Assembly (NCBI GenBank): GCA_964016885.1
Contig: OZ024741.1
Span: forward strand, 263,252,001-263,316,000
Direction of reading: 5' to 3'
Source of the DNA: Eledone cirrhosa
Taxonomy: Eukaryota
Length of the DNA stretch: 64,000 bases
Part shown: positions 14,851 through 28,200 of the stretch, one piece after another
Numbering within the stretch: the first letter of the stretch is position 1
How the letters are laid out: the number at the start of each line of letters is the position of its first letter
Notes under the pieces: generated by a model
Told to the model about the DNA's origin: nothing
What the model saw: the letters and a program-made list of their open reading frames with translations, nothing else
The model's database searches: none
Translations under genes and position numbers: made by a program

Positions 14851-17800
14851 GTGTGTAGTGATATAGTGTGATGACCTGCTACATGATTTGGAGTGAGTGA
14901 ATGTGGACTGTGTAGTGATATAGTATTATGACCTGCTACATGATTCGGAGTGGGTGAAAGTGGACTGTGTAGTGATATAGTATTATAACCTGACACATGA
15001 TTTGGAGTGGGTGAATGTGGACTGTGTAGTGATATAGTGTTATGACCTTCACGTGATTTGGAGTGGGTGAATGTGGACTGTGTAGTGATATAGTGTTATG
15101 ACCTTCACGTGATTTGGAGTGGGTGAATGTGGACTGTGTAGTGATATAGTATTATGACCTTCACGTGATTTGGAGTGGGTGAATGTAGACTGTGTAGTGA
15201 TATAGTATTATGACCTTCTACATGATTTGGAGTGGGTGAATGTGGACTGTGTAGTGATATAGTATTATGACCTTCACGTGATTTGGAGTGGGTGAATGTG
15301 GACTGTGTAGTGATATAGTATTATGACCTGCTACATGATTTGGAGTGGGTGAATGTGGACTGTGTAGTGATATAGTATTATGACCTGCTACATGATTTGG
15401 AGTGGGTGAATGTGGACTGTGTAGTGATATAGTATTCTGACCTGTCACATGATTTGGAGTGGGTGAATGTGGACTGTGTAGTGATATAGTATTATGACCT
15501 GTCACATGATTTGGAGTGGGTGAATGTGGACTGTGTAGTGTTATAGTATTATGACCTGCTACATGATTTGGAGTGGGTGAATGTGGACTGTGTAATGATA
15601 TAGTATTATGACCTGCTACATGATTTGGAGTGGGTGAATGTGGACTGTGTAGTGATATAGTATTATGACCTGCTACATGATTTGGAGTGGGTGAATGTGG
15701 ACTGTGTAGTGATATAGTGTTATGACCTTCACGTGATTTGGAGTGGGTGAATGTGGACTGTGTAGTGATATGGTATTATGACCTGTCACGTTATTTGGAG
15801 TGGGTGAATGTGGACTGTGTAGTGATATAGTGTTATGACCTACTACATGATTTGGAGTGGGTGAATGTGGACTGTGTAGTGATATGGTATTATGACCTGT
15901 CACGTTATTTGGAGTTGGTGAATGTGGACTGTGTAGTGATATAGTGTTATGACCTACTACATGATTTGGAGTGGGTGAATGTGGACTGTGTAGTGATATA
16001 GTATTATGACCTTCACGTGATTTGGAGTGGGTGAATGTGGACTGTGTAGTGATATAGTATTATGACCTGTCACATGATTTGGAGTTGGTGAATGTGGACT
16101 GTGTAGTGATATAGTATTATGACCTGACACATGATTTGGAGTGGGTGAATGTGGACTGTGTAGTGATATAGTATTATGATCTGTCACGTGATTTGGAGTG
16201 GGTGAATGTGGACTGTGTAGTGATATAGTATTATGACCTGCTACATGATTTGGAGTGGGTGAATGTGGACTGTGTAGTGATATAGTATTATGACCTGACA
16301 CATGATTTGGAGTGGGTGAATGTGGACTGTGTAGTGATATAGTGTTATGACCTTCTACATGATTTGGAGTGGGTGAATGTGGACTGTGTAGTGATATAGT
16401 ATTATGACCTGTCACATGATTTGGAGTGGGTGAATGTGGACTGTGTAGTGATATAGTATTATGACCTGCTACATGATTTGGAGTGGGTGAATGTGGACTG
16501 TGTAGTGATATAGTATTATGACCTCCTACATGATTTGGAGTGGGTGAATGTGGACTGTGTAGTGATATAGTATTATGACCTGCTACATGATTTGGAGTTG
16601 GTGAATGTGGACTGTGTAGTGATATAGTGTTATGACCTTCACGTGATTTGGAGTGGGTGAATGTGGACTGTGTAGTGATATAGTATTATGACCTGCTACA
16701 TGATTTGGAGTGGGTGAATGTGGACTGTGTAGTGATATAGTGTTATGACCGTCACGTGATTTGGAGTGGGTGAATGTGGACTGTGTAGTGATATAGTATT
16801 ATGACCTGCTACATGATTTGGAGTGGGTGAATGTGGACTGTGTAGGGATATAGTATTATGACCTGACACATGATTTGGAGTGGGTGAATGTGGACTGTGT
16901 AGTGATATAGTATTATGACCTGCTACACGATTTGGAGTGGATGAATGTGGAGTGTGTAGTGATATAGTGTGATGACCTGCTACATGATTTGGAGTGAGTG
17001 AATGTGGACTGTGTAGTGATATAGTATTATGACCTGCTACATGATTCGGAGTGGGTGAATGTGGACTGTGTAGTGATATAGTATTATAACCTGACACATG
17101 ATTTGGAGTGGGTGAATGTGGACTGTGTAGTGATATAGTGTTATGACCTTCACGTGATTTGGAGTGGGTGAATGTGGACTGTGTAGTGATATAGTGTTAT
17201 GACCTTCACGTGATTTGGAGTGGGTGAATGTGGACTGTGTAGTGATATAGTATTATGACCTTCACGTGATTTGGAGTGGGTGAATGTGGACTGTGTAGTG
17301 ATATAGTATTATGACCTTCTACATGATTTGGAGTGGGTGAATGTGGACTGTGTAGTGATATAGTATTATGACCTTCACGTGATTTGGAGTGGGTGAATGT
17401 GGACTGTGTAGTGATATAGTATTATGACCTGCTACATGATTTGGAGTGGGTGAATGTGGACTGTGTAGTGATATAGTATTATGACCTGCTACATGATTTG
17501 GAGTGGGTGAATGTGGACTGTGTAGTGATATAGTATTATGACCTGTCACATGATTTGGAGTGGGTGAATGTGGACTGCGTAGTGATATAGTATTATGACC
17601 TGTCACATGATTTGGAGTGGGTGAATGTGGACTATGTAGTGATATAGTATTATGACCTGCTACATGATTTGGAGTGGGTGAATGTGGACTGTGTAATGAT
17701 ATAGTATTATGACCTGCTACATGATTTGGAGTGGGTGAATGTGGACTGTGTAGTGATATAGTATTATGACCTGCTACATGATTTGGAGTGGGTGAATGTG

Positions 17801-17860
17801 GACTGTGTAGTGATATAGTGTTATGACCTTCACGTGATTTGGAGTGGGTGAATGTGGACT
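14720..17860. repeat. Block copy at offset 2101 bp (~14720-15760 repeated at ~16820-17860)
   Basis: TGATTCGG at 14941/17042, ORF ends 14996/17097 and ORFs 15218/17319 share the offset. Both copies have three consecutive 56-bp monomers. Several point differences are present and the boundaries are approximate. Confidence 0.8.
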
Positions 17861-19299
17861 GTGTAGTGATATAGTATTATGACCTGCTACATGATTTGGA
17901 GTGGGTGAATGTGGACTGTGTAGTGATATAGTATTATGACCTGACACATGATTTGGAGTGGGTGAATGTGGACTGTGTAGTGATATAGTGTTATGACCTT
18001 CTACATGATTTGGAGTGGGTGAATGTGGACTGTGTAGTGATATAGTATTATGACCTTCACGTGATTTGGAGTGGGTGAATGTGGACTGTGTAGTGATATA
18101 GTATTATGACCTTCTACATGATTTGGAGTGGGTGAATGTGGACTGTGTAGTGATATAGTATTATGACCTGCTACATGATTTGGAGTGGGTGAATGTGGAC
18201 TGTGTAGTGATATAGTATTATGACCTGCTACATGATTTGGAGTGGGTGAATGTGGACTGTGTAGTGATATAGTATTATGACCTATCACGTTATTTGGAGT
18301 GGGTGAATGTGGACTGTGTAGTGATATAGTGTTATGACCTACTACATGATTTGGAGTTTGGTGAATGTGGACTGTGTAGTGATATAGTGTTATGACCTAC
18401 TACATGATTTGGAGTGGGTGAATGTGGACTGTGCTGTGATATAGTATTATGACCTTCACGTGATTTGGAGTGGGTGAATGTGGACTGTGTAGTGATATAG
18501 TATTGTGACCTGTCACATGATTTGGAGTGGGTGAATGTGGACTGTGTAGTGATATAGTATTATGACCTGTCACATGATTTGGAGTGGGTGAATGTGGACT
18601 GTGTAGTGATATAGTATTATGACCTGCTACATGATTTGGAGTGGGTGAATGTGGACTGTGTACTGATATAGTATTATGACCTGCTACATGATTTGGAGTG
18701 GGTGAATGTGGACTGTGTAGTGATATAGTATTATGACCTGCTACATGATTTGGAGTTGGTGAATGTGGACTGTGTAGTGATATAGTGTTATGACCTTCAC
18801 GTGATTTGGAGTGGGTGAATGTGGACTGTGTAGTGATATAGTATTATGACCTGTCACATGATTTGGAGTGGGTGAATGTGGACTGTGTAGTGATATAGTA
18901 TTATGACCTGTCACATGATTTGGAGTGGGTGAATGTGGACTGTGTAGTGATATAGTATTATGACCTGCTACACGATTTGGAGTAGGTGAATGTGGAGTGT
19001 GTAGTGATATAGTGTTATGACCTACATGATTTGGAGTGGGTGAATGTGGACTGTGTAGTGATATAGTATTATGACCTGCTACATGATTTGGAGTGGGTGA
19101 ATGTGGACTGTGTAGTGATATAGAATTCTGACCTGACACAGGATTTGGAGTGGGTGAATGTGGACTGTGTATTGATATAGTGTTATGACCTTCTACATGA
19201 TTTGGAGTGGGTGAATGTGGACTGTGTAGTGATATAGTATTATGACCTTCACGTGATTTGGAGTGGGTGAATGTGGACTGTGTAGTGATATAGTATTAT

Positions 19300-22200
19300 G
19301 ACCTTCTACATGATTTGGAATGGGTGAATGTGGACTGTGTAGTGATATAGTATTATGACCTGCTACATGATTTGGAGTGGGTGAATGTTGACTGTGTAGT
19401 GATATAGTATTATGACCTGCTACATGATTTGGAGTGGGTGAATGTGGACTGTGTAGTGATATAGTATTATGACCTATCACGTTATTTGGAGTGGGTGAAT
19501 GTGGACTGTGTAGTGATATAGTGTTATGACCTACTACATGATTTGGAGTGGGTGAATGTGGACTGTGTAGTGATATAGTGTTATGACCTACTACATGATT
19601 TGGAGTGGGTGAATGTGGACTGTGCAGTGATATAGTATTATGACCTTCACGTGATTTGGAGTGGGTGAATGTGGACTGTGTAGTGATATAGTATTATGAC
19701 CTTCACGTGATTTGGAGTGGGTGAATGTGGACTGTGTAGTGATATGGTATTATGACCTGTCACGTTATTTGGAGTGGGTGAATGTGGACTGTGTAGTGAT
19801 ATAGTGTTATGAGCTACTACATGATTTGGAGTGGGTGAATGTGGACTGTGTAGTGATATAGTATTATGACCTTCACGTGATTTGGAGTGGGTGAATGTGG
19901 ACTGTGTAGTGATATAGTATTATGACCTGTCACATGATTTGGAGTGGGTGAATGTGGACTGTGTAGTGATATAGTATTATGACCTGCTACATGATTTGGA
20001 GTGGGTGAATGTGGACTGTGTAGTGATATAATATTACGACCTGCTACATGATTTGGAGTGGGTGAATGTGGACTGTGTATTGATATAGTATTATAACCTG
20101 CTACATGATTTGGAGTGGGTGAATGTGGACTGTGTAGTGATATAGTATTATGACCTGTCACATGGTTTGGAGTGGGTGAATGTGGACTGTGTAGTGATAT
20201 AGTATTATGACCTGTCACATGATTTGGAGTGGGTGAATGTGGACTGTGTAGTGATATAGTATTATGACCTGTCACATGATTTGGAGTGGATGAATGTGGA
20301 CTGTGTAGTGATATAGTATTATGACCTGCTACATGATTTGGAGTGGGTGAATGTGGACTGTGTAGTGATATAGTGTTATGACCTACTACATGATTTGGAG
20401 TGGGTGAATGTGGACTGTATAGTGATATAGTGTTATGACCTACTACATGATTTGGAGTGGGTTAATGTGGACTGTGTAGTGATATAGTGTTATGACCTAC
20501 TACATGATTTGGAGTGGGTGAATGTGGACTGTGTAGTGATATAGTATTATGACCTGCTACATGATTTGGAGTGGGTGAATGTGGACTGTGTAGTGATATA
20601 GTATTATGACCTGCTACATGATTTGGAGTGGGTGAATGTGGACTGTGTAGTGATATAGTATTATGACCTGCTACATGATTTGGAGTGTGTGAATGTGGAC
20701 TGTGTAGTGATATAGTGTTATGACCTACTACATGATTTGGAGTGGGTGAATGTGGACTGTGTAGTGATATAGTGTTATGACCTACTACATGATTTGGAGT
20801 GGGTGAATGTGGACTGTGTAGTGATATAGTGTTATGACCTACTACATGATTTGGAGTGGGTGAATGTGGACTGTGTAGTGATATAGTGTTATGACCTACT
20901 ACATGATATGGAGTGGGTGAATGTGCACTGTGTAATGATATAGTGTTATGACCTTCACGTGATTTGGAGTGGGTGAATGTGGACTGTGTAGTGATATAGT
21001 ATTATGACCTGCTACAGGATGTGGTGTGGGTGAATGTGGACTGTGTAGTGATATAGTGTTTTGACCTGCTACATGATTTGGAGTGGGTGAATGTGGACTG
21101 TGTAGTGATATAGTGTTATGACCTGCTACATGATTTGGAGTGGTTGAATGTGGACTGAGTAGTGATATAATATTATGACCTGTCACGTGATTTGGAGTGG
21201 GTGAATGTGGACTGTGTAGTGATATAGTATTATGACCTTCTACATGATTTGGAGTGGGTGAATGTGGACTGTGTAGTGATATAGTATTATGACCTGCTAC
21301 ATGATTTGGAGTGGGTGAATGTGGACTGTGTAGTGATATAGTATTATGATCTGACACATGATTTGGAGTGGGTGAATGTGGACTGTGTAGTGATATAGTA
21401 TTATGATCTGACACATGATTTGGAGTGGGTGAATGTGGACTGTGTAGTGATATAGTGTTATGACCTACTACATGATTTGGAGTCGGTGAATGTGGACTGT
21501 GTAGTGATATAGTATTATCACCTTCACGTGATTTGGAGTGGGTGAATGTGGACTGTGTAGTGATATAGTATTATGACCTGTCACATGATTTGGAGTGGGT
21601 GAATGTGGACTGTGTAGTGATATAGTATTATGACCTGCTACATGATTTGGAGTGGGTGAATGTGGACTGTGTAGTGATATAGTATTATGACCTGTCACAT
21701 GGTTTGGAGTGGTTGAATGTGGACTGTGTAGTGATATAGTATTATGACCTGTCACATGATTTGGAGTGGGTAAATGTGGACTGTGTAGTGATATAGTATT
21801 ATGACCTGTCACATGATTTGGAGTGGGTGAATGTGGACTGTGTAGTGATATAGTGTTATGACCTGCTACATGATTTGGAGTGGGTGAATGTGGACTGTGT
21901 AGTGATATAGTATTATGACCTGCTACATGATTTGGAGTGGGTGAATGTGGACTGGCTAGTGATATAGTGTTATGACCTTCACATGATTTGGAATGGGTGA
22001 ATGTGGACTGTGTACTGATATAGTGTTATGACCTTCACGTGATTTGGAGTGGGTGAATGTGGACTGTGTAGTGATATAGTATTATGACCTGACACATGAT
22101 TTGGAGTGGGTGAATGTGGACTTTGTAGTGATATAGTATTATGACCTGCTACATGATTTGGAGTGGGTGAATGTGGACTGTGTAGTGATATAGTATTATG

Positions 22201-25200
22201 ACCTGCTACTTGATTTGGAGTGGGTGAATGTGGACTGTGTAGTGATATAGTGTTATGACCTACTACATGATTTGGAGTGAGTGAATGTGAACTGTGTAGT
22301 GATATAGTATTATGACCTGCTACATGATTTGGAGTGGGTGAATGTGGACTGTGTAGTGATATAGTGTTATGACCTACTACATGATTTGGAGTGGGTGAAT
22401 GTGAACTGTGTAGTGATATAGTATTATGACCTGCTACATGATTTGGAGTGGGTGAATGTGGACTGTGTAGTGATATAGTGTTATGACCTACTACATGATT
22501 TGGAGTGGGTGAATGTGGACTGTGTAGTGATATAGTATTATGACCTGCTACATGATTTGGAGTGGGTGAATGTGGACTGTGTAGTGATATAGTATTATGA
22601 CCTTCACGTGATTTGGAGTGGGTGAATGTGGACTGTGTAGTGATATAGTATTATGACCTGTCACATGATTTGGAGTGGGTGAATGTGGACTGTGTAGTGA
22701 TATAGTATTATGACCTGTCACATGATTTGGAGTGGGTGAATGTGGACTGTGTAGTGATATAGTATTATGACCTGCTACATGATTTGAAGTGGGTGAATGT
22801 GGACTGTGTAGTGATATAGTATTATGACCTGCTACATGATTTGGAGTGGGTGAATGTGGACTGTGTAGTGATATAGTATTATGACCTACTACATGATTTG
22901 GAGTGGGTGAATGTGGACTGTGTAGTGATATAGTGTTATGACCTACTACTTGATTTGGAGTGGGTTAATGTGGACTGTGTAGTGATATAGTGTTATGACC
23001 TACTACATGATTTGGAGTGGGTGAATGTTGACTGTGTAGTTATATAGTGTTATGACCAACTACATGATATGGAGTGGGTGAATGTGGACTGTGTAGTGAT
23101 ATAGTGTTTTGACCTGCTACATGATTTGGAGTGGGTGAATGTGGACTGTGTAGTGATATAGTGTTATGACCTTCACGTGATTTGGAGTGGGTGAATGTGG
23201 ACTGTGTAGTGATATAGTATTATGACCTGCTACATGATGTGGTGTGGGTGAATGTGGACTGTGTAGTGATATAGTGTTTTGACCTGCTACATGATGTGGT
23301 GTGGGTGAATGTGGACTGTGTAGTGATATAGTGTTTTGACCTGCTACATGATTTGGAGTGGGTGAATGTGGACTGTGTAGTGATATAGTATTATGACCTG
23401 CTACATGATTTGGAGTGGGTGAATGTGGACTGTGTAGTGATATAGTGTTATGACCTGCTATATGATTTGGAGTGGTTGAATGTGGACTGAGTAGTGATAT
23501 AATATTATGACCTGTCACGTGATTTGGAGTGGGTGAATGTGGACTGTGTAGTGATATAGTATTATGACCTTCTACATGATTTGGAGTGGGTGAATGTGGA
23601 CTGTGTAGTGATATAGTATTATGACCTGCTACATGATTTGGAGTGGGTGAATGTGGACTGGCTAGTGATATAGTGTTATGACCTTCACGTGATTTGGAGT
23701 GGGTGAATGTGGACTGTGTAGTGATATAGTATTATGACCTGCTACATGATGTGGTGTGGGTGAATGTGGACTGTGTAGTGATATAGTGTTTTGACCTGCT
23801 ACATGATTTGGAGTGGGTGAATGTGGACTGTGTAGTGATATAGTATTATGACCTGCTACATGATTTGGAGTGGGTGAATGTGGACTGTGTAGTGATATAG
23901 TGTTATGACCTGCTATATGATTTGGAGTGGTTGAATGTGGACTGAGTAGTGATATAATATTATGACCTGTCACGTGATTTGGAGTGGGTGAATGTGGACT
24001 GTGTAGTGATATAGTATTATGACCTTCTACATGATTTGGAGTGGGTGAATGTGGACTGTGTAGTGATATAGTATTATGACCTTCTACATGATTTAGAGTG
24101 GGTGAATGTGGACTGTGTAGTGATATAGTATTATGATCTGACACATGATTTGGAGTGGGTGAATGTGGACTGTGTAGTGATATAGTATTATGACCTGTCA
24201 CGTTATTTGGAGTGGGTGAATGTGGACTGTGTAGTGATATAGTATTATGACCTTCTACATGATTTGGAATGGGTGAATGTGGACTGTGTAGTGATATAGT
24301 ATTATGACCTGCTACATGATTTGGAGTGGGTGAATGTTGACTGTGTAGTGATATAGTATTATGACCTGCTACATGATTTGGAGTGGGTGAATGTGGACTG
24401 TGTAGTGATATAGTATTATGACCTATCACGTTATTTGGAGTGGGTGAATGTGGACTGTGTAGTGATATAGTGTTATGACCTACTACATGATTTGGAGTGG
24501 GTGAATGTGGACTGTGTAGTGATATAGTGTTATGACCTACTACATGATTTGGAGTGGGTGAATGTGGACTGTGCAGTGATATAGTATTATGACCTTCACG
24601 TGATTTGGAGTGGGTGAATGTGGACTGTGTAGTGATATAGTATTATGACCTGTCACATGATTTGGAGTGGGTGAATGTGGACTGTGTAGTGATATAGTAT
24701 TATGATTTGACACATGATTTGGAGTGGGTGAATGTGGACTGTGTAGTGATATGGTATTATGACCTGTCACGTTATTTGGAGTGGGTGAATGTGGACTGTG
24801 TAGTGATATAGTGTTATGACCTACTACATGATTTGGAGTGGGTGAATGTGGACTGTGTAGTGATATAGTATTATGACCTTCACGTGATTTGGAGTGGGTG
24901 AATGTGGACTGTGTAGTGATATAGTATTATGACCTGTCACATGATTTGGAGTGGGTGAATGTGGACTGTGTAGTGATATAGTATTATGACCTGCTACATG
25001 ATTTGGAGTGGGTGAATGTGGACTGTGTAGTGATATAATATTACGACCTGCTACATGATTTGGAGTGGGTGAATGTGGACTGTGTATTGATATAGTATTA
25101 TAACCTGCTACATGATTTGGAGTGGGTGAATGTGGACTGTGTAGTGATATAGTATTATGACCTGTCACATGGTTTGGAGTGGGTGAATGTGGACTGTGTA

Positions 25201-28200
25201 GTGATATAGTATTATGACCTGTCACATGATTTGGAGTGGGTGAATGTGGACTGTGTAGTGATATAGTATTATGACCTGTCACATGATTTGGAGTGGATGA
25301 ATGTGGACTGTGTAGTGATATAGTATTATGACCTGCTACATGATTTGGAGTGGGTGAATGTGGACTGTGTAGTGATATAGTGTTATGACCTACTACATGA
25401 TTTGGAGTGGGTGAATGTGGACTGTATAGTGATATAGTGTTATGACCTACTACATGATTTGGAGTGGGTTAATGTGGACTGTGTAGTGATATAGTGTTAT
25501 GACCTACTACATGATTTGGAGTGGGTGAATGTGGACTGTGTAGTGATATAGTATTATGACCTGCTACATGATTTGGAGTGGGTGAATGTGGACTGTGTAG
25601 TGATATAGTATTATGACCTGCTACATGATTTGGAGTGGGTGAATGTGGACTGTGTAGTGATATAGTATTATGACCTGCTACATGATTTGGAGTGTGTGAA
25701 TGTGGACTGTGTAGTGATATAGTGTTATGACCTACTACATGATTTGGAGTGGGTGAATGTGGACTGTGTAGTGATATAGTGTTATGACCTACTACATGAT
25801 TTGGAGTGGGTGAATGTCGACTGTGTAGTGATATAGTGTTATGACCTACTACATGATATGGAGTGGGTGAATGTGGACTGTGTAGTGATATAGTGTTTTG
25901 ACCTGCTACATGATTTGGAGTGGGTGAATGTGGACTGTGTAATGATATAGTGTTATGACCTTCACGTGATTTGGAGTGGGTGAATGTGGACTGTGTAGTG
26001 ATATAGTATTATGACCTGCTACAGGATGTGGTGTGGGTGAATGTGGACTGTGTAGTGATATAGTGTTTTGACCTGCTACATGATTTGGAGTGGGTGAATG
26101 TGGACTGTGTAGTGATATAGTGTTATGACCTGCTACATGATTTGGAGTGGTTGAATGTGGACTGAGTAGTGATATAATATTATGACCTGTCACGTGATTT
26201 GGAGTGGGTGAATGTGGACTGTGTAGTGATATAGTATTATGACCTTCTACATGATTTGGAGTGGGTGAATGTGGACTGTGTAGTGATATAGTATTATGAC
26301 CTGCTACATGATTTGGAGTGGGTGAATGTGGACTGTGTAGTGATATAGTATTATGATCTGACACATGATTTGGAGTGGGTGAATGTGGACTGTGTAGTGA
26401 TATAGTATTATGACCTGCTACATGATTTGGAGTGGGTGAATGTGGACTGTGTAGTGATATAGTATTATGACCTACTACATGATTTGGAGTGGGTGAATGT
26501 GGACTGTGTAGTGATATAGTGTTATGACCTACTACTTGATTTGGAGTGGGTTAATGTGGACTGTGTAGTGATATAGTGTTATGACCTACTACATGATTTG
26601 GAGTGGGTGAATGTTGACTGTGTAGTTATATAGTGTTATGACCAACTACATGATATGGAGTGGGTGAATGTGGACTGTGTAGTGATATAGTGTTTTGACC
26701 TGCTACATGATTTGGAGTGGGTGAATGTGGACTGTGTAGTGATATAGTGTTATGACCTTCACGTGATTTGGAGTGGGTGAATGTGGACTGTGTAGTGATA
26801 TAGTATTATGACCTGCTACATGATGTGGTGTGGGTGAATGTGGACTGTGTAGTGATATAGTGTTTTGACCTGCTACATGATGTGGTGTGGGTGAATGTGG
26901 ACTGTGTAGTGATATAGTGTTTTGACCTGCTACATGATTTGGAGTGGGTGAATGTGGACTGTGTAGTGATATAGTATTATGACCTGCTACATGATTTGGA
27001 GTGGGTGAATGTGGACTGTGTAGTGATATAGTGTTATGACCTGCTATATGATTTGGAGTGGTTGAATGTGGACTGAGTAGTGATATAATATTATGACCTG
27101 TCACGTGATTTGGAGTGGGTGAATGTGGACTGTGTAGTGATATAGTATTATGACCTTCTACATGATTTGGAGTGGGTGAATGTGGACTGTGTAGTGATAT
27201 AGTATTATGACCTGCTACATGATTTGGAGTGGGTGAATGTGGACTGGCTAGTGATATAGTGTTATGACCTTCACGTGATTTGGAGTGGGTGAATGTGGAC
27301 TGTGTAGTGATATAGTATTATGACCTGCTACATGATGTGGTGTGGGTGAATGTGGACTGTGTAGTGATATAGTGTTTTGACCTGCTACATGATTTGGAGT
27401 GGGTGAATGTGGACTGTGTAGTGATATAGTATTATGACCTGCTACATGATTTGGAGTGGGTGAATGTGGACTGTGTAGTGATATAGTGTTATGACCTGCT
27501 ATATGATTTGGAGTGGTTGAATGTGGACTGAGTAGTGATATAATATTATGACCTGTCACGTGATTTGGAGTGGGTGAATGTGGACTGTGTAGTGATATAG
27601 TATTATGACCTTCTACATGATTTGGAGTGGGTGAATGTGGACTGTGTAGTGATATAGTATTATGACCTTCTACATGATTTAGAGTGGGTGAATGTGGACT
27701 GTGTAGTGATATAGTATTATGATCTGACACATGATTTGGAGTGGGTGAATGTGGACTGTGTAGTGATATAGTATTATGACCTGTCACGTTATTTGGAGTG
27801 GGTGAATGTGGACTGTGTAGTGATATAGTATTATGACCTTCTACATGATTTGGAATGGGTGAATGTGGACTGTGTAGTGATATAGTATTATGACCTGCTA
27901 CATGATTTGGAGTGGGTGAATGTTGACTGTGTAGTGATATAGTATTATGACCTGCTACATGATTTGGAGTGGGTGAATGTGGACTGTGTAGTGATATAGT
28001 ATTATGACCTATCACGTTATTTGGAGTGGGTGAATGTGGACTGTGTAGTGATATAGTGTTATGACCTACTACATGATTTGGAGTGGGTGAATGTGGACTG
28101 TGTAGTGATATAGTGTTATGACCTACTACATGATTTGGAGTGGGTGAATGTGGACTGTGCAGTGATATAGTATTATGACCTTCACGTGATTTGGAGTGGG

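Noticed and set aside
18351-18365. Single-base insertion GGAGTTTGGTG
   Set aside because: It is a singleton in a short homopolymer and could be a sequencing or consensus error, so it is not interpretable without reads.
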